Origin: Bacteroidales bacterium
Lineage (GTDB): Bacteria; Bacteroidota; Bacteroidia; Bacteroidales; WCHB1-69
Direction of reading: 5' to 3'
DNA length: 59,109 bases
Assembly (NCBI GenBank): GCA_017964255.1
Contig: JAGCSI010000081.1
Location: forward strand, 1-59,109
Of the stretch, positions 8,816 to 17,583 are shown one piece after another (positions within the stretch are counted from its first letter, which is position 1; each line of letters begins with the position of its first letter). The notes below the pieces were generated by a model, which worked only from the letters and a program-made list of their open reading frames with translations, had not been told where the DNA came from and did not search any database. A program made the position numbers and the translations under genes.

Positions 8816-10327
8816 ATGGAACAGAAAACGACACAGTTCAAAAGATCGGTAAAAGGCACTTTGAGTGCGGGTGTCAGCTCCCTCATGGGTGGAGAAGGCA
8901 AAAAGTATTACATCATTGAATTCAAATTTGATTCCAACACCCACCATCAGGGTGAGGAAAAACCCATCCTTGTGGATGAGGCGTTTATTGGTAGAGACCC
9001 CAAATGCCAAATTCATATCGATGAGGAGTTCGGTACAGTAAGCCGTGAACATGCTATTATCAAGAAAAGTGGAGAAAATTATACCCTTATTCATCGTTCG
9101 CAAACCAATGCTACCTATGTGAACGGTCAGCAGGTGAATGGTGAAACGCCGTTGCATAATGGAGATGAAATCCAACTGTCAGCCGGCGGTCCTCGCCTGG
9201 GATTCATTGTGCCGCAAGGTGAGAAGGCTTTCGTGAAGTCAATAGGAATGTCACAGAGATTCAGCGAATTCCGTAAACAAGCATTGCGTCCTTACAGAAC
9301 TGCATTGGTGCTGATTCTGCTCTTCCTGGTGCTGGCTATCGGCGGCTTGTTGTGGTACATGTCAGAAACCAACAAGAATTATGAGGATCAATTGGCTGCT
9401 CAACAGGAGTTGATTGACGAGCAAAACAGCACTATAGGTAAATTGGGAGAAAAGATTTCAAATCTTTTCAGAAGAAACAGTAACAAAAAAGGAAAAGCAG
9501 GCGCTTCAGATTCGGGTATCGAGGAAAATATTAGCAAAGAGATGAGCTCCTTCGAGGATTATGTTTATTTCATCAAATTGGCAAGCATCTCTATTACCGC
9601 TGAACCGGGAAGTGAATCTGAATCATACGTCGAAGAGGTCGCTGACGGTCGTACTTGGACCTATAAATTTACAGAAGATGAAACCGAAGTCGCAACAGGT
9701 TTTGTTACCAGTGACGGGTACTTTGTGACAGCACGTCATGTGATTGAACCGTGGGCTTATGTTGAAAGTGCGGATTTAGAAGAATTTATGTTCTGGGCTG
9801 CTTTTTTGACCGCTCCCGGTATGGGTGGAACCATCGACGCCACTTATCATATTGAAAGCAAAACAGGTGATAGAAGAACTCTGACTTTCAGAGAGTTTAC
9901 GGTAAGCAAACACAGAGACGAGGATGTCAACTTGACTTCTACAGACAATGATCCATATAAAGTTAGACGTGCCATGGCCAAGAATGACTATGCTTACGTC
10001 AGACTGCCTATGAAGAGTAATCTTGTGGTCAACAAAAGTTTGTCAACCAAGATTCCTGCTGGCACTCGTTTGGAACTTCTCGGTTTCCCGTATGCCATGG
10101 GCGGTGACAAGAACTATATCAGACCCCAATATACTTACGTAACCACTTCAAACAACGGCTTGTATCATGGTCAAATTCCTGTTACGAACTCGAATCTGGA
10201 GTATGGTAATTCGGGTGGTCCTGTTTTCTGTGAACAAGACGGACAATACTATGTTGTGGGTATCGTATCCAGAGGTCTGGGAAAACATAGTGGTGTGATT
10301 GTTCCGATGTCACAAATTGATTTCTAA
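8816..10327 (+). CDS. FHA domain - TM helix - coiled coil - trypsin-like (S1) serine protease
   Basis: FHA: IGRD, SREHA, NATYVNG, GDEIQL. TM: LVLILLFLVLAIGGLLWYM. Catalytic motifs: TARHV, NDYA, GNSGGPV. Confidence 0.9.
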   Translation: MEQKTTQFKRSVKGTLSAGVSSLMGGEGKKYYIIEFKFDSNTHHQGEEKPILVDEAFIGRDPKCQIHIDEEFGTVSREHAIIKKSGENYTLIHRSQTNATYVNGQQVNGETPLHNGDEIQLSAGGPRLGFIVPQGEKAFVKSIGMSQRFSEFRKQALRPYRTALVLILLFLVLAIGGLLWYMSETNKNYEDQLAAQQELIDEQNSTIGKLGEKISNLFRRNSNKKGKAGASDSGIEENISKEMSSFEDYVYFIKLASISITAEPGSESESYVEEVADGRTWTYKFTEDETEVATGFVTSDGYFVTARHVIEPWAYVESADLEEFMFWAAFLTAPGMGGTIDATYHIESKTGDRRTLTFREFTVSKHRDEDVNLTSTDNDPYKVRRAMAKNDYAYVRLPMKSNLVVNKSLSTKIPAGTRLELLGFPYAMGGDKNYIRPQYTYVTTSNNGLYHGQIPVTNSNLEYGNSGGPVFCEQDGQYYVVGIVSRGLGKHSGVIVPMSQIDF

Positions 10328-10338
10328 AATTGTGTGAG

Positions 10339-11298
10339 ATGAAAAAATCAAGTCTGATATTATTGAGTCTTTTTCTGGTTCTGGTGTGTAATGCCCAGAA
10401 CCAGAAACTTCCGACTCCTCGTAAAAGCCCAAAAGGGGAGAGTGTAAAAGTTGAAACTACCCCCAATGACAATACCCCGAGTGACAATACCACTGCGGTG
10501 TCATCGTCTTATGGCATTTTGCAGGATGCGGTGAAAAATGCTTTTATTGTGGTCCAGCAAAGTTACAATATCCGTAAAAACGGTGTGCTGGTGGATGGTA
10601 ATGACTTCTTTGGTCACCGTTATGCAGTACTGCCGCTGTTGACACACGGCTATGGAGTGGACTCACTGTTTGAAAAACCATGGGGAAACGACAAACGCTA
10701 TGAGGAATATGTCGATTGTAGCGAATGTTTGGTGACTGTGGACAGGGTGCAGTTTAAAAAATTGTCGGACGAAGGAGATTATCATTTTTTCAATCTGAAT
10801 GACAGGGTGACAGAGGCTTTGGCTTCTGACCTTTTCTACATTCAGGACGACCATTTCGACAATAAAGGCCTTGAGGTTAAGGTGGGTAACGGTATCCAGA
10901 AGGGATATATGGTCTGGTTTCTGATGAGGAATGGGGAGATTATTCCCTCTATTCAGCCTCTGACTGTCACTTTCAATGAGAATACTGTTTTTCCAGTGCC
11001 GCAGCCCAAAGGCGGTAAGGATGTCTTGGGAGGCTATTTTGTGAACCTGAATATGTCCGTTCCAGGTACTATCACCATGGAATTGTTAGGCGTAGCCAGA
11101 TATGAAGCGAATGACGGCGGCAAATGGGAACTTGTCAAGATGCAGAAAGAACCTGATTTGTTCATGTTTACCAAAGATACGTATCAACCAGAATCGGAAG
11201 CTCCAACATATAATAATGAAGAGGAGAAAACAGAAGAGTATGAGTTTGGAAGCGATGAGTATATTAAAGCACAGCAAAAAGGTAAAAAAAGAAAATAA
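10339..11298 (+). CDS. Exported hypothetical protein, probable inactive trypsin-fold paralog
   Basis: Signal peptide from ATG 10339. HGYGVDSLFEKPW and VLGGYFV...LLGVA align by eye with DGYFVTARHVIEPW and NSGGPVF...VVGIV of the upstream protease. Confidence 0.65.
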   Translation: MKKSSLILLSLFLVLVCNAQNQKLPTPRKSPKGESVKVETTPNDNTPSDNTTAVSSSYGILQDAVKNAFIVVQQSYNIRKNGVLVDGNDFFGHRYAVLPLLTHGYGVDSLFEKPWGNDKRYEEYVDCSECLVTVDRVQFKKLSDEGDYHFFNLNDRVTEALASDLFYIQDDHFDNKGLEVKVGNGIQKGYMVWFLMRNGEIIPSIQPLTVTFNENTVFPVPQPKGGKDVLGGYFVNLNMSVPGTITMELLGVARYEANDGGKWELVKMQKEPDLFMFTKDTYQPESEAPTYNNEEEKTEEYEFGSDEYIKAQQKGKKRK

Positions 11299-11311
11299 GG
11301 ACTATTAAGGT

Positions 11312-12760
11312 ATGAGCAAGAAAACAGAAGTTGTTTTTTCCGCCCGATGCGGAGCGGCTGCCCGAGATGGAGTTAATGAGGACAACTGCTTGGTAATGGA
11401 GTCTGTGGGAAAACAAACTTCGAAAATCAATCACTTTGGGGATGGTGAATACATCTCCAAAGTGTTCCCTTTGGAACGCAACGGAAGTTTGTTGGTGGTG
11501 GCCGACGGTATGGGCGGTATGAATGCGGGAGAAGTGGCTTCCGCCATTGCCATTGAGACCATCGCCAATGTTTTCAAGTCGGAAACCATTGGCAAAATGG
11601 ATCTGTCGGATAACGGAATCAAGAAGTTCATGGTCAATGCTATCCGGCAGGCGGACATGGCAATTAAGAAGGAGGCTTTGGCAGATCCGGATAAAGAGGG
11701 AATGGGCACCACTGTTGTGATGCTGTGGATCTTTGAAGACAACGCTTATTACGCATGGTGTGGTGATAGCCGCTTGTATCGTTATCATGATGGACGGCTT
11801 TTCCAGTTGAGCCATGACCATTCGTATGTGTGTGAAGTGCTGAAACTGAGCGAAGCGGAGGCTTTTGACCATCCTGACAACAACATCATTACCCGCAGTC
11901 TGGGAAATCCTTCCGATGTTGCCCGTCCCGATGTGTGCGGTCCATTGCAATATTCTCAAGGCGATCTTTTCCTATTGTGCAGTGACGGTTTGTGTGGGGT
12001 GGTGAGAAATGCGGAAATTGAGGAGGCCATGCAATATGCGGTTGAGAATAACGACAAACTGAATATTGGAAACCTTAACCTTTGGGATGTTGCGGAAAAC
12101 AACGGTTGGCACGATAATGTGACTACGTTGTTGTGCTATGTGGCCAAAGGACAGCAAGTAAAAGAAGAGGTAAAGAAATCGGTGCCCGAGATGGTACGGT
12201 CCACCTCTTCCTTTGGAAACGACAGTCCTGTGAAATCCAACAACAAGAATAAAATTATCGCTTTCGCAGTGACGGTTTTGGTGGTTGCATTGGCGTTTGT
12301 CATTTTGTGGTTTATGGGAAATGATAAGGATAAAATTAAAGTTGAACCAAATGCCAAACATGATGCTGAAGAAGTTGTGGTTGAAAATACTCCAGAAAAT
12401 GTTTCTGATGAGGAAGATTGGCTAGAGGGTGATGAGGATATCAGAACAGGTAAGAGTGTCCCGAATTTGCCGACAGAACGTCCTAGGGCAGGCAGTGTGA
12501 TGCCTGAAAATAATCGGGGTGTCGTACCGGAGAAAAACACAGCGACGGCGAGTGCTGCTCAAAAAGAGCCTGCTCAAAACAATGCTCCTTCCACAGGGAC
12601 TGCTGGAAGTACGGCTGGCAGTGCGACTTCCGGTACACAGAATGTGACACCAACGGGTACATCAACGGGTACTTCTGGTACACAAAATGGATCCAACTCT
12701 GGAACAAAGGGGGGAGAGGTTTTAGACCAGTTTGGGAATCTGAAAAAAACGAAAAACTAG
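11312..12760 (+). CDS. PP2C/PPM Ser/Thr phosphatase with TM anchor and low-complexity extracytoplasmic tail
   Basis: NED, VADGMGG, MGTT, GDSRLY, DHS, NIITRSLG, LLCSDGL, DNVT; TM IIAFAVTVLVVALAFVILWFM; S/T/G-rich tail. Confidence 0.95.
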   Translation: MSKKTEVVFSARCGAAARDGVNEDNCLVMESVGKQTSKINHFGDGEYISKVFPLERNGSLLVVADGMGGMNAGEVASAIAIETIANVFKSETIGKMDLSDNGIKKFMVNAIRQADMAIKKEALADPDKEGMGTTVVMLWIFEDNAYYAWCGDSRLYRYHDGRLFQLSHDHSYVCEVLKLSEAEAFDHPDNNIITRSLGNPSDVARPDVCGPLQYSQGDLFLLCSDGLCGVVRNAEIEEAMQYAVENNDKLNIGNLNLWDVAENNGWHDNVTTLLCYVAKGQQVKEEVKKSVPEMVRSTSSFGNDSPVKSNNKNKIIAFAVTVLVVALAFVILWFMGNDKDKIKVEPNAKHDAEEVVVENTPENVSDEEDWLEGDEDIRTGKSVPNLPTERPRAGSVMPENNRGVVPEKNTATASAAQKEPAQNNAPSTGTAGSTAGSATSGTQNVTPTGTSTGTSGTQNGSNSGTKGGEVLDQFGNLKKTKN

Positions 12761-12820
12761 ATTGAGGATGAATAGAGTATGCTTTTTATGGCAAAGTAGT
12801 GAAATTACAAGAATATAATT

Positions 12821-14188
12821 ATGGCAAGACTACAAGAACAATTTATTTTTGACTGCAGATACAAGCTACTGAAAAAGTTGGGCGAGGGAGGTTTTTCCGA
12901 AGTATGGCTGGCCGAAGACGTGACCACACAGGTGGTGCTGGTGTTGAAGGTTTATCTTCCGACCGCACAGCTGAATGAGTATGGTGTGGAAAGTTTTCGC
13001 AAGGAATTTGCCTTGGTATATAATCTGAATCATCCAAATCTGATGAAATACACCTATTTCGGAATTTGTGTCGGCAATCCATATTTGGTGATGCCTTATT
13101 ATGATTCCGGTTCGGGTGAGGATATGATTGGTAATTGTGGTGAACGCAACGCATGGGAATTCCTGCGTGATGTGGCTTCTGGTTTGGCCTGCCTGCATGA
13201 GCAGCATCCCGCCATTATCCATCAGGATATCAAGCCGGCCAATGTGTTGCTTGATGGCCGCCGTTATGTGATCACTGATTTTGGAATCAGCGCTAATGTT
13301 GCGAAACATGTTTTCAACAGTTCGCAGGAATCGGGCGAGTCAATGAGGGTGGGCACGGTGCCTTACATGGCCCCCGAACGTTTTCAGGAAACCGACCAAA
13401 TTCTGGTGGCCAGCGATATCTGGTCGTTGGGCGCTTCTTTGTACGAGATACTTAGCGGAAAACTCCCTTATGGCAATGACGGGGGCAAAGCACAGAATAA
13501 TGGTGAAAAACTGGAGCCCCTGTCGGACAAGTATTCTGAAGAGTTGCGTAACGTGATTTATCAGTGTTTGTCCTTGAATCCGAGTGACCGACCCTTTGCT
13601 GAGGATTTGTCCAATTTCGCTTCCAATCAGTTGGAACAAGCTCATTTGAGAACAAGTTCCATCAATATTTCCGGTGGGAGCAGCCGTAAAATTGGCAAAT
13701 CGAATGGCAAAAGCTTAAAATTTGTCGTGCTGGGTTTACTGGCATTGCTTTTGTTGGGCGGTGCCGTTTTCGGTGTCATGAAGTACAGTCAGGGAGTACA
13801 GGAAAAACAAAAGATAGAGGCCCTGGAAGTGGCGGTAAGCAAATATCAGGAGGGTGTCGCTTTTTATGACGAGGGTAAGAAAAACGGAGAACAACAATTG
13901 GAATGCTTTGGAAAAGCCCTTGATAAGTTTGACGAGGCTATGGCTAATGAGGATTTCAATGAAAAATCCGAAGAAGTTGATCAATTGAAAAACATAAAAG
14001 ACGATATCTTTAAGTGTTGCGTTTCGGAAATCCGGAAAAATTGGTCCATAGCTCGTTATGACGAATATGAACATGACAGGGTCGTGAAGTATTTGCAGTT
14101 GGCCAGCAGGATTAACCCCGATGATCCGGAAATACAAAGATTGATGAGCAAGAAAGATTCCTCATCTTCTGAAACTATGTTTGAATAA
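12821..14188 (+). CDS. Membrane-anchored Hanks-type Ser/Thr kinase (non-RD) with a helical/TPR-like external domain
   Basis: GEGGFS, VLK, HQDIKPAN, DFG, YMAPE, SDIWSLG; TM FVVLGLLALLLLGGAVFGVM; helical C-terminus ending ...ASRINPDDPEI. Confidence 0.93.
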   Translation: MARLQEQFIFDCRYKLLKKLGEGGFSEVWLAEDVTTQVVLVLKVYLPTAQLNEYGVESFRKEFALVYNLNHPNLMKYTYFGICVGNPYLVMPYYDSGSGEDMIGNCGERNAWEFLRDVASGLACLHEQHPAIIHQDIKPANVLLDGRRYVITDFGISANVAKHVFNSSQESGESMRVGTVPYMAPERFQETDQILVASDIWSLGASLYEILSGKLPYGNDGGKAQNNGEKLEPLSDKYSEELRNVIYQCLSLNPSDRPFAEDLSNFASNQLEQAHLRTSSINISGGSSRKIGKSNGKSLKFVVLGLLALLLLGGAVFGVMKYSQGVQEKQKIEALEVAVSKYQEGVAFYDEGKKNGEQQLECFGKALDKFDEAMANEDFNEKSEEVDQLKNIKDDIFKCCVSEIRKNWSIARYDEYEHDRVVKYLQLASRINPDDPEIQRLMSKKDSSSSETMFE

Positions 14189-14229
14189 AATCAATTGTAT
14201 TAATGATAGTGTTTTATAATAAATTTTGT

Positions 14230-15585
14230 ATGAAAAAAATTATTGTACTATTTGTTGGAATATTGTGCTTAATGGGTGGGTCGCTTCAAGCCCAGAGTTG
14301 TTCAGACCGAATACAGTCGGCGAAGCGTATTTACGAGAAATATAAACAGTCGCATGACAAAAAAGCGCTGGATGAGGCATGCAATTTGTTGAGAAACGTA
14401 AAGAGCATGTCTGGTGTCTCCGAAAGTTGCGTACAGGAAGCTGACAGACTGCTGAAAGCCTGGAAGCCGTCAAGCGGTAGCAGCAATAAAGGCGACGGAA
14501 CGATTAAATACGCAACGGAAGATCGTACAGGATTGGGTCTGAATGATGATGAGATAGAATTTTCCGGTTCAGGAGGAGAGGATGCCCATATCTGGGTTAC
14601 CTGTTCCGAAGCATGGAAAGTGAGTAACAGTAACGATTGGTTTGAAGTGAAGACAGAAGGGGACAATCTGCGCGTCATTTGTACGGCGAATCCTGAAAAA
14701 GAACAGAGAGAAGGCCAGTTCTATGTTATCACTAAAAGTGGTACAAGCGCCATGATTGTTACAGTGCTCCAAGATGTGAAAGATCCTATGGCTGCTACAT
14801 TGAATCTGTCGAAAGAAACGCTGAATGTGGGGGAGAATGCAAAGTGTTATCCAATTGCGGTGACCACTACGGAAGAATGGACGACAGAAGTGGTAGAGGG
14901 AGATAAATGGTGTACTGTGGAGAAGAAAGGCGCTGGTGAGTTGAACATTTGTGTGGAGGACAACCCAGGGAAAAACAGAACGGCTATGGTGAAAGTCAAG
15001 GTGGTTGACGGTATCGAGAAGTTGATTACGGTGGAGCAGGATAAACACGGATATCAAGGTATCACCCAGAGTTATTTAGAGACTCTCGGAGGTGACTGGA
15101 AAACAACCCGTTTCTTCTTTGATTTGTATGCTATGCAATCTTTTGGCTTCAGAATAGGTGGTTTGGCCAAAAGATGGAGATATGTGGAATTCAGTCTGTT
15201 GGATTTCGATGTGGAGCTCGCTTCTTTGAATTTTACCAACTGGCGTGTGCGTGTTGATTGGGAACCTATGGTTAGAGGATTTCTGCCCTTGTCTCGTCGT
15301 GACCGTTGCTGGTCTCTGTTTATGGGTGTTGGAGCCTCTGTCAATATCGTGAATATACCGCTGGTTTCACCGTCAGACATTACTTTTGTGAAAGAGAATG
15401 CTTTCGTGTTTGAATTGGGTGCGGAATATTATTGGAGCAAAAAAGAGAATGTCTCATCCCGAATTTTCTACAGGTTGGAGGCGGGACCTATGTGGGTGGA
15501 TGGTCTTAAAGTGTCTACAGCAATAAATTCTATCGGTATCTCTTTCGATTTGTACGAGTGGCATCAAAAGTTTTCCAGAAAATAA
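14230..15585 (+). CDS. Exported protein with helical N-terminus, two BACON domains and a C-terminal beta-barrel-like region
   Basis: Signal peptide from ATG 14230. Two BACON-like units (WKVSNSNDWF...NPEKEQREG...VTVLQ; WTTEVVEGDKWC...NPGKNRTA...ITVEQ). Amphipathic strands in the C-terminal part. Confidence 0.75.
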   Translation: MKKIIVLFVGILCLMGGSLQAQSCSDRIQSAKRIYEKYKQSHDKKALDEACNLLRNVKSMSGVSESCVQEADRLLKAWKPSSGSSNKGDGTIKYATEDRTGLGLNDDEIEFSGSGGEDAHIWVTCSEAWKVSNSNDWFEVKTEGDNLRVICTANPEKEQREGQFYVITKSGTSAMIVTVLQDVKDPMAATLNLSKETLNVGENAKCYPIAVTTTEEWTTEVVEGDKWCTVEKKGAGELNICVEDNPGKNRTAMVKVKVVDGIEKLITVEQDKHGYQGITQSYLETLGGDWKTTRFFFDLYAMQSFGFRIGGLAKRWRYVEFSLLDFDVELASLNFTNWRVRVDWEPMVRGFLPLSRRDRCWSLFMGVGASVNIVNIPLVSPSDITFVKENAFVFELGAEYYWSKKENVSSRIFYRLEAGPMWVDGLKVSTAINSIGISFDLYEWHQKFSRK

Positions 15586-15592
15586 TAGTTGG

Positions 15593-15621
15593 AAAAGAGA
15601 CGGAGCTTGTCTCGTCTTCTT
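15593..15621. repeat. AGACG...CGTCT palindrome (REP-like), possible terminator of the kinase operon
   Basis: aaaagagacggagcttgtctcgtcttctt immediately after the stop at 15585; related to the copy at 50992-51022. Confidence 0.55.
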
Positions 15622-15632
15622 CAAACTCCAAA

Positions 15633-17420
15633 ATGGGGGTGCTGGACTTGCTGAAAAAGCTCCTCCCATACGTGCTGCCCTATAAATGGCTGCTGATCAT
15701 CACCCTGATACTGACTTTCGTGGGGGCATTGATGGCGCAGGTCAATGCCATTGTGCTGGACAAAACCGTGGATGCCATCAACGAGTTGCTGCACCGACCT
15801 TTTTTCGCCTGGGGCGAGGCCGGAAAACTGTTGCTGATAGTCAGTGCGGTGCTCTTGGGCAAAGAGTTGTTGTCGGCACTCTTCACTTTCGGCCAGCGTT
15901 TCTTTGGCGAGAAAATCCGCATCAATGTGAGCCGCGACCTGTCGTTCAAGGTGATAGACCGGGTGCTGACCTTCAGAATGGCTTTCTTTTCCGCCGAAGG
16001 CAATGAGCCTGGCAAACTGCAGACCCGCATCGATCGCGGCGTGATGAGCCTGAGCAATACGGTGAAGAATTTCTTCATCGACATTCTGCCTTTGTTTACC
16101 AGTGCCATTTTGGCCTTGGTGCTGATGTTCGCCGCCAATGTGCATGTGGGCTTGGTGGCCTTAGTGATTGTGCCTATTTACTTCGTAATCACGTCAATAC
16201 AAGCCAAGCATCTGAAGGGCTGGCGGCGCAATGTGTTTGGCACTCATCAGGAACTGAACAACGGCATCATGAACATTATCGAGAGCATGAACGTTATCAA
16301 GTCGTTCAACCGCGAGCCGTTAGAAAGCCAGAAGCAGGCCGATTTGCAGATCCGTTCCACTCAGCAGCAGATGGAAACCCGCAAAATCTCCTTTCTCTTT
16401 GAAGGGTTGAAAACCTTTATGGAACAGATTGGCACCGTTTTAATCATTATTTTGACCGCCTATCTTGTTTTGATTGATTACCCAGGCATGACCATCGGTA
16501 AAATCATGTATCATGTGATGCTGTTCAGCAATGTGAGTGCACCGATACGCCAGCTGCACCGTATATACGACGATTTGAACGACGCTTTGATATATGCCGA
16601 AGGCTTCTTCGGCATTCTGGAGGCCGACGGAGAGGTAGAAAAGAGTGGCACATACTGTCCTGCAACGGTGAAAGGCGAGTTCGACCTCCGCAATGTGGAG
16701 TTTACCTACAGCAATGGTACCCATGCCATTCGTGATTTGTCGATGAAGATTCAGCCGGGCGAGACCACGGCTTTGGTGGGTTTGAGTGGGGCAGGAAAGA
16801 GTACTATTGTTAATTTGTTAGACAAGTTTTACACCCCCGATAGCGGCAGCATAACCTTGGACGGAGTGCCCTTGGAGGAATGGGATACGCAGGTATTGCG
16901 TGACAATATTGGACTGGTGCTGCAGAAGAACCATATTTTCAGCGGCACGATTGAGGAGAATATCCGTTATGGCAAGCCTTCGGCTACGCATGAGGAGGTG
17001 GTGGAGGCAGCCAAAAAGGCCTATATTTACGACCAGATCATGGAGCGTCCTGACCAGTTCAACTCGCAGGCGTTGCAGATGAGCGGAGGTCAGCAGCAGC
17101 GTATCGCCATTGCCCGTATGTTCCTGAAAAATCCCCCGATTATCTTCCTGGATGAGCCCACCGCCAGCTTGGATGCCATTGCTACCGAGCAAATCAAGAA
17201 CAGCATCGATGCCATCAAGCAGGGCAGAACAGTGATCGTTATTTCACATAACATTGGTCAAATCATTGATTCAGATCGACTTTATGTGCTGCAAACTGGT
17301 CATGTGGAGCAGTCTGGCACACCTACCGAAGTGTATCGCCAGGGTGGTCTCTATAAAGACATTTTCGACGCCAGCGCCCGCAGCATGAATGTCGATAAAA
17401 TTGCCGATACGATAGGATAG
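15633..17420 (+). CDS. ABC exporter, fused permease/ATP-binding subunit (MsbA/Sav1866-like)
   Basis: N-terminal TM domain; Walker A GLSGAGKST; signature MSGGQQQRIAIAR; Walker B IIFLDEPT. ATG 15633 preferred. Confidence 0.95.
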   Translation: MGVLDLLKKLLPYVLPYKWLLIITLILTFVGALMAQVNAIVLDKTVDAINELLHRPFFAWGEAGKLLLIVSAVLLGKELLSALFTFGQRFFGEKIRINVSRDLSFKVIDRVLTFRMAFFSAEGNEPGKLQTRIDRGVMSLSNTVKNFFIDILPLFTSAILALVLMFAANVHVGLVALVIVPIYFVITSIQAKHLKGWRRNVFGTHQELNNGIMNIIESMNVIKSFNREPLESQKQADLQIRSTQQQMETRKISFLFEGLKTFMEQIGTVLIIILTAYLVLIDYPGMTIGKIMYHVMLFSNVSAPIRQLHRIYDDLNDALIYAEGFFGILEADGEVEKSGTYCPATVKGEFDLRNVEFTYSNGTHAIRDLSMKIQPGETTALVGLSGAGKSTIVNLLDKFYTPDSGSITLDGVPLEEWDTQVLRDNIGLVLQKNHIFSGTIEENIRYGKPSATHEEVVEAAKKAYIYDQIMERPDQFNSQALQMSGGQQQRIAIARMFLKNPPIIFLDEPTASLDAIATEQIKNSIDAIKQGRTVIVISHNIGQIIDSDRLYVLQTGHVEQSGTPTEVYRQGGLYKDIFDASARSMNVDKIADTIG

Positions 17421-17498
17421 ACGCGTCTTGTTTTTACATTTATTTGTGAATTTGTTTATGTTCGTATGCTTTTTGTGAGAAAAGTTATCAACAGTCCA

Positions 17499-17530
17499 TT
17501 GTCAATTAAATTACTTGGCTTAATTTTGCA
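17499..17530 (+). promoter_or_regulatory. Bacteroidetes housekeeping sigma promoter (-33 TTG / -7 TAATTTTG)
   Basis: TAATTTTG at 17521-17528 matches TAnnTTTG, with TTG 19 nt upstream; it lies ~55 nt before ATG 17584. Confidence 0.65.
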
Positions 17531-17583
17531 TGGTGATGTAATTTTTTCTTACGAAAATCAAGAGAAATTAAACATAAACGCTT

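Noticed and set aside
6530-14188. Type VI secretion-associated Fha/PpkA/PppA module
   Set aside because: No Hcp, VgrG, sheath, baseplate or ClpV genes are in the window.
15633-17420. ABC exporter as part of the kinase/FHA system
   Set aside because: It is separated by a hairpin, looks more GC-rich, and has no FHA or peptidase domain; linkage cannot be supported without synteny data.
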